Of a stretch of 32,000 nt of DNA, positions 27,771 through 32,000 are shown in pieces. The stretch is from Candidatus Arthromitus sp. SFB-mouse-Japan. Its GTDB lineage: Bacteria; Bacillota; Clostridia; Clostridiales; Clostridiaceae. Where the stretch lies: NCBI RefSeq assembly GCF_000270205.1, contig NC_015913.1, positions 870,001 through 902,000 of the forward strand, written 5' to 3'. The notes beneath the pieces are model-generated. The model had not been told where the DNA came from and ran no database searches. It was given only the letters and a program-made list of their open reading frames with translations. How positions within the stretch are numbered: the stretch's first letter is position 1; each line of letters opens with the position of its first letter. The position numbers were made by a program, and so were the translations under genes.

Positions 27771-28460
27771 TTATTTTTTAAAAAGTAATTCTTTATTTAA
27801 TTTACTTAATGCCTTTTTTTCAATTCGTGAAACATACGATCTTGAAATATTTAATTTCTTAGCTATTTCCTTTTGAGTTTTAATTTTCCCATCTATTAAT
27901 CCATATCTTAATTTTATTATAATTTGTTCTTTCTCATTTAAAATATTATTAAGCTTTTTATACATCTTCTTTATAGTTAATTTTTGTTCCACAATGTCAA
28001 TTATTGTGTCATCACTACTATTTAGTATATCTATAAGTGAAATTTCATTCCCCTCTTTATCTGTTCCTATGGGATCTTGAAGAAATACTTCATTCTTTGT
28101 TTTCTTAGTATTTCTTATTAGCATAAGAATTTCATTTTCTATACATCTCGCAGCATAAGTTGCAAGTTTAGTTCCTTTTACATAATCAAAAGATTCAATA
28201 CCTTTTATAAGACCTATTGTTCCAACAGATATCAAATCTTCCACATCCTTTATTGACGAAAATTTCTTTGCTATATGAACAACTAATCTTAAATTTCTCT
28301 CAATCAAAATATTTTTAGCTTCCAAATCCCCTGCTTTAAATCTATCTATATATTCTTTTTCCTGTTCGCTAGTTAACGGGGTTGGGAATGAATTATTTCC
28401 GACTATATATCCTACAAATAAAACGACGCTACCTATGATCTCAAATAAGTTATCTAACAA
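27771..28460 (-). CDS. sigK: Late mother-cell sigma factor SigK (pro-sigma-K), uninterrupted.
   Basis: The sequence IVGNNSFPTPLTSEQEKEYI...[87 protein letters not shown] closely parallels Bacillus SigK. The start is TTG, 6 nt after GGGGGA. Confidence 0.93.
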   Translation of the reverse strand: MLDNLFEIIGSVVLFVGYIVGNNSFPTPLTSEQEKEYIDRFKAGDLEAKNILIERNLRLVVHIAKKFSSIKDVEDLISVGTIGLIKGIESFDYVKGTKLATYAARCIENEILMLIRNTKKTKNEVFLQDPIGTDKEGNEISLIDILNSSDDTIIDIVEQKLTIKKMYKKLNNILNEKEQIIIKLRYGLIDGKIKTQKEIAKKLNISRSYVSRIEKKALSKLNKELLFKK

Positions 28461-28497
28461 TTAAGATCCCCCTATTTAAATGCTCAAAAATACGAAA

Positions 28498-30096
28498 TTA
28501 AAAAGTATTAGTATAATATTCCACTATTTCCTTAAAAATTGGACCTGCAGTATTTCCTCCAAATTGTCCTTCTTCGTTTATATTTTCAACAAATACAAAC
28601 ATTGAATAGTACTTATTTCTATGTTTAAAATATCCTAAAACCCATCCATCTGAAACAATATTTTCTCCATCAAACCTCTCACTTGTACCTGTCTTAACAC
28701 CACTCTCTACACCACTAATTTTGATATTCTTTCCCGTACCATTTTCCAGAGTATTTATTAACATACTTTTTAATATATTTGCAGTATCTTTTTTCAATAC
28801 TTTGTCGGAAGTATTACTAAACTCTTTTATAACCTCATTATTTTCATTAACAATCTTATCAATTAATTTTAGTTTAGTATAAATACCATTATTTAAAATT
28901 GTATTTGTTATATTTAAAGCTTGTAATGGTTCAATTAACATATTTTGACCCATAGATAAAAATAAAGGTCCATCTTCATATTCTTTAGGTTCAGCATAGC
29001 TTCCACTAGCCTCTCTTAAGTCGCTAAATCCTAATACTTTTTTAAAAAATCCTTGATCCTCAGCATAATTTTTAATTAAGTCCCATCCAACCTCTTTTCC
29101 TATTTCTGCAAATATATTATTGCAAGAAACAGCAAGAGCATCTTCCATAGTTAATTTTCCTGCATGCCTATCTTTACATAGATTATATCTGCTATTTTCA
29201 CAACTAAATTCATGCTTAGATGTAAAAATTCCAGAATCAATCGCAGCTTCCGCAACCACTAATTTAAAAACCGAACCTGGTACATATCCAAGACTTGTGG
29301 ATCCAAGAATAATATTAGGATTATACTCATTTTTTTGAGTTAATGCTTTTATTTCTCCAGTTGATGCTTCCGATATAGCAATTGCTATGCTATCAAATTC
29401 ATCATATTTTTTATCACTAATTATATTTTTTACACCATCTTGTAACTCCTTATCTATAGTTAATTTGAAATTGTTATTATTTGGATCCACAACATCTTTA
29501 CCAGTTTTAACATAATTAAAATCAATCTTTGGATATTTGTTATTTTCTATATAAGTATGATAATTTTCTTCTGTCGAATTTTCGGAAATTTCTTTTATCA
29601 AAATATTTTCAATTGACCATGCTTCTTTTTCATTAAACTCATCATATTCATAAAGATAAATTCCATTTATATCTTGTACAGTTTGTAATTTCTCATATGT
29701 ATATTTATCAACCTCAAATTTGAAATTATATCCAGGATTCTCCTGAAATTTTTGAATTAAATCAAAATCCTCATTATAGTTCTTTAAAATAGATGTGAAT
29801 GTTAAAATCTTCTCCATTTCTATATTATTGTTAAAATTCTTAAATATGTTAGATTTTACTTCTACTATATATTTAGTACTATACTTAATAAGATCATTAG
29901 ACTTATCATCTAAAATCCTATAATTTAAATTACTTGTCCTATAATCTAAGTTATATTGATTCATTGCTATAGATACATACTTGTCTGCCTTTGCACCTAA
30001 CTGTATAAATGCAAGTCTAAAAATTATAATAGAGATACTCAATCCAAATAAAATATTTATAAACCTTATTCTCAATCTAACATTTTTCTTGTCCAT
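28498..30096 (-). CDS. Class B penicillin-binding protein (SpoVD/FtsI-like transpeptidase), without PASTA domains.
   Basis: It has an N-terminal TM anchor and the transpeptidase motifs SxxK (GSVFKL), SxN (SCN) and KTGT (VKTGTS). Confidence 0.85.
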   Translation of the reverse strand: MDKKNVRLRIRFINILFGLSISIIIFRLAFIQLGAKADKYVSIAMNQYNLDYRTSNLNYRILDDKSNDLIKYSTKYIVEVKSNIFKNFNNNIEMEKILTFTSILKNYNEDFDLIQKFQENPGYNFKFEVDKYTYEKLQTVQDINGIYLYEYDEFNEKEAWSIENILIKEISENSTEENYHTYIENNKYPKIDFNYVKTGKDVVDPNNNNFKLTIDKELQDGVKNIISDKKYDEFDSIAIAISEASTGEIKALTQKNEYNPNIILGSTSLGYVPGSVFKLVVAEAAIDSGIFTSKHEFSCENSRYNLCKDRHAGKLTMEDALAVSCNNIFAEIGKEVGWDLIKNYAEDQGFFKKVLGFSDLREASGSYAEPKEYEDGPLFLSMGQNMLIEPLQALNITNTILNNGIYTKLKLIDKIVNENNEVIKEFSNTSDKVLKKDTANILKSMLINTLENGTGKNIKISGVESGVKTGTSERFDGENIVSDGWVLGYFKHRNKYYSMFVFVENINEEGQFGGNTAGPIFKEIVEYYTNTF

Positions 30097-30185
30097 AATA
30101 AAACTCCATCCTATTTACCCAAACAAATATTTGTATAAGTCATTCCAAATCATAGCAAAAATATTCACAAATATTAATAAATTTT

Positions 30186-30227
30186 CAAAAAATGAATTTA
30201 AGGTTAGGATAATACCATCCTAACCTT
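30186..30227 (-). terminator. Rho-independent terminator after the U32 peptidase gene.
   Basis: An 11-bp perfect stem aaggttaggat/atcctaacctt with a 6-nt loop is followed on the minus strand by AAATTCATTTTTT. Confidence 0.6.
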
Positions 30228-30233
30228 AAACTT

Positions 30234-31466
30234 CTAGCTTAATGAAATTTCATTTTTCTTCATAATTATAAAATCATTTTGTTTTAATTCAGTTTCAACA
30301 TGTGCTGTGAAAATCATTTGAGCATGATTTGCCTTCTCAATACTTTCACCTTTACTATTTTTCATATCATTCAATACGACCTCAAAATTTTCAGTTTTAG
30401 GTCTTATAATTTCAACCTTATCTCCATTAAATACTCTATTTCTTTGTTCAATAGTTGCTATCTTTGTTTCTCTATCATAATCTTTTACAATTCCAATTAT
30501 ATCATATTCTCTAACATATGTTGCACTCTCATAGCTTTGCTCTCCAGATTTACCATAAAAGAAACCAGTAGAGTATCTTCTATGACTTATCTTTTGAAGA
30601 TTTCTTTTCCACTCAGGATTAACTTTAAAATTTTCAGGATCTGCGTAATAAGTATCAATTGCTTCTCTATACATCTTTACAACCATTGCAAGATAAAATA
30701 AACTTTTCATACGCCCTTCAATTTTAACAGAAGCAACACCAGATCTAATAACATCATCAATATGTTCAATCATACATAAATCTTTTGAGTTCATTATGTA
30801 AGTTCCATCTTCATCCTCAAAAACTGGATAATACTCATTTGGACGTGTTTCCTCTACAAGATAATATTTATATCTGCATGCCTGAGAACACGCTCCTTTG
30901 TTTGAATCTCTTGATGTCATATAATTTGATATCAAACATCTTCCAGAATAAGCCATACACATAGCACCGTGAACAAACACTTCTATCTCACAATCTTCTG
31001 GCAATTTATTTACGAATTCTTCTATCTCTTTTAATTTTAATTCTCTAGCTAAAATTATCCTTTTTAATCCATAATCATACCAAAATCTTGCAGTTTCATA
31101 GTTCATTGCATTTGCCTGAGTACTTAAATGTATATCTATATTTGTATTCTTTTTAATTATTGAAATTAAACCAGGATCTGCAACAATAGCCCCATCAACT
31201 CCAAGAGATTCACATTTTTTAACATATTCCTCAATACCATTCATATCAAAGTTTCTTGGAATTGCATTTAAAACTAAATAAACCTTTACCCCTCTATCGT
31301 GAGCATATTCAATTCCTTCCTTCAATTCATCAAAATCAAAGTTATCTGCAAATGCTCTCAGGTTCAATCTTGGACCGCCAACATAAACAGCATCAGCCCC
31401 AAAGTCGACTGCGACTTTTAATTTTTCCAAACTACCTGCTGGTGCAAGTAATTCAACCTTTTTCAT
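30234..31466 (-). CDS. Peptidase U32 family protein (YrrO/TrhP-type, implicated in tRNA ho5U34 formation).
   Basis: VELLAPAGSLEKLKVAVDFGADAVYVGG...HLSTQAN...FVHGAMCMAYSGRCLISNY...CSQACRYKY is typical of U32. The start is probably the second ATG (31466), about 10 nt after GGAGG. It overlaps the end of the upstream methyltransferase gene. Confidence 0.9.
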   Translation of the reverse strand: MKKVELLAPAGSLEKLKVAVDFGADAVYVGGPRLNLRAFADNFDFDELKEGIEYAHDRGVKVYLVLNAIPRNFDMNGIEEYVKKCESLGVDGAIVADPGLISIIKKNTNIDIHLSTQANAMNYETARFWYDYGLKRIILARELKLKEIEEFVNKLPEDCEIEVFVHGAMCMAYSGRCLISNYMTSRDSNKGACSQACRYKYYLVEETRPNEYYPVFEDEDGTYIMNSKDLCMIEHIDDVIRSGVASVKIEGRMKSLFYLAMVVKMYREAIDTYYADPENFKVNPEWKRNLQKISHRRYSTGFFYGKSGEQSYESATYVREYDIIGIVKDYDRETKIATIEQRNRVFNGDKVEIIRPKTENFEVVLNDMKNSKGESIEKANHAQMIFTAHVETELKQNDFIIMKKNEISLS

Positions 31467-32000
31467 TTTCTTCATTCCTCCTTAAAATCATTACACCGTC
31501 GCCAATAGGCAATAACCATGTCGAAAATAGTTTATTATTGACAACATTTTTCAAAAACTTTCTCATGTTATTTATGATAGTTTTTTTGCGTTTCACAATC
31601 AAACTATCCGATGCAACCATACCTTTATATAAAACATTGTCAAACATGATTATACCATTTTTATTTAAATTTTGGATACAATTGTTCAATAGTTTTTCAT
31701 AATGAGATTTAGACGAATCAATAAATATAAAATCATAATCACAATCTAAATATTCAAAATTTTCAAAACAATCGCCTTCTATAAGTCGTATATTATCCTC
31801 ATAATTAAACTTTTTAAAATTATCTTTTGCAAGTATAATACGATCTCCATCCCTTTCAACAGTTGTTATTTTTACATTACCTTTAAGCTGTTCACACATA
31901 AATATAGATGAAAATCCTATGGCTGTTCCAAATTCTAAAATATTCTTAGGCCTATTAAGCTTAAATATCATACTAATAAAATTTTGGACCTGCTTATCAA
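31453..32000 (-). CDS. Class I SAM-dependent O-methyltransferase (YrrM/TrmR-like). The N-terminus lies beyond the window end.
   Basis: ILEFGTAIGFSSIFM (the SAM-binding GxG region), FIFIDSSK and GIIMFDNVLYKG fit the caffeoyl-CoA OMT/TrmR family. The frame stays open upstream of the track's ATG through to position 32000 (…DKQVQNFIS-MIFKL), so the gene is truncated by the window. Confidence 0.85.
   Translation of the reverse strand, partial: DKQVQNFISMIFKLNRPKNILEFGTAIGFSSIFMCEQLKGNVKITTVERDGDRIILAKDNFKKFNYEDNIRLIEGDCFENFEYLDCDYDFIFIDSSKSHYEKLLNNCIQNLNKNGIIMFDNVLYKGMVASDSLIVKRKKTIINNMRKFLKNVVNNKLFSTWLLPIGDGVMILRRNEENEKG

Noticed and set aside
27771-28460. I checked for a possible skin-like intervening element or split sigK, as occurs in Bacillus subtilis and some clostridia.
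   Set aside because: The ORF is contiguous through regions 2-4 and aligns end to end with SigK. No recombinase or insert is present.
44-31702. There are many 60-150 aa ORFs in the track on the strand opposite the real genes. Examples are 44..226+, 778..972+, 1760..2041+, 6604..6888+, 7133..7480+, 9014..9220+, 10170..10451+, 12959..13180+, 15958..16185+, 19593..19934-, 22637..22912+, 24718..24975+, 27280..27465-, 29120..29338+, 30300..30701+ and 31256..31702+.
   Set aside because: Each lies entirely inside a well-supported gene on the other strand. They have low-complexity I/F/L/S/N-rich translations typical of antisense frames in AT-rich DNA, and they lack SD sequences. I treat them as shadow ORFs.
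1-32000. I looked for CRISPR arrays, IS elements or transposases, integrases, prophage modules, and rRNA or tRNA genes.
   Set aside because: I saw no regularly spaced direct repeats, no transposase or integrase-like ORFs, and no GC-rich structured RNA gene signatures on either strand.

Overview
This is a very AT-rich, sporulating Firmicute chromosome segment. Gene content and order look like Clostridiaceae or Clostridium sensu stricto. Every gene except one is on the minus strand.

Most of the window is conserved core. It holds three sporulation sigma genes in about 7 kb (sigK, the spoIIGA-sigE operon, and sigG), ftsZ, spoIVA next to gpsA-der, and a complete two-component plus pstSCAB-phoU phosphate operon. 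It also holds ylmC/pgeF dcw-cluster remnants, a class B PBP, and a trmR/U32 (trhP-type) tRNA-modification pair.

The only clearly accessory stretch is the left ~3.6 kb. It contains the N-terminal part of an AAA_13 (PrrC/RloC-family) ATPase that runs off the window, then a compact HTH / C5-cytosine methyltransferase / restriction endonuclease cassette. This cassette ends directly against a 40-codon stub of a type I hsdM gene, which suggests one restriction system displaced another.

Other oddities:
- A PilT-like ATPase has most of its catalytic signature residues substituted.
- A processive-type family 2 glycosyltransferase sits where ftsA is expected, upstream of ftsZ.
- The only plus-strand gene, a CPC-type heavy-metal P-type ATPase, is split by a 1-nt frameshift.
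- A leaderless Amidase_2 enzyme carries a DUF4214-like tail.

I saw no rRNA, tRNA, CRISPR array, transposase or integrase. I did not find a convincingly new multi-gene system. The AAA_13/R-M/hsdM-stub islet is the best candidate for follow-up, and its key part lies outside the window.

Several ORF-track starts appear over-extended. I moved them to the start codon with a plausible Shine-Dalgarno sequence.
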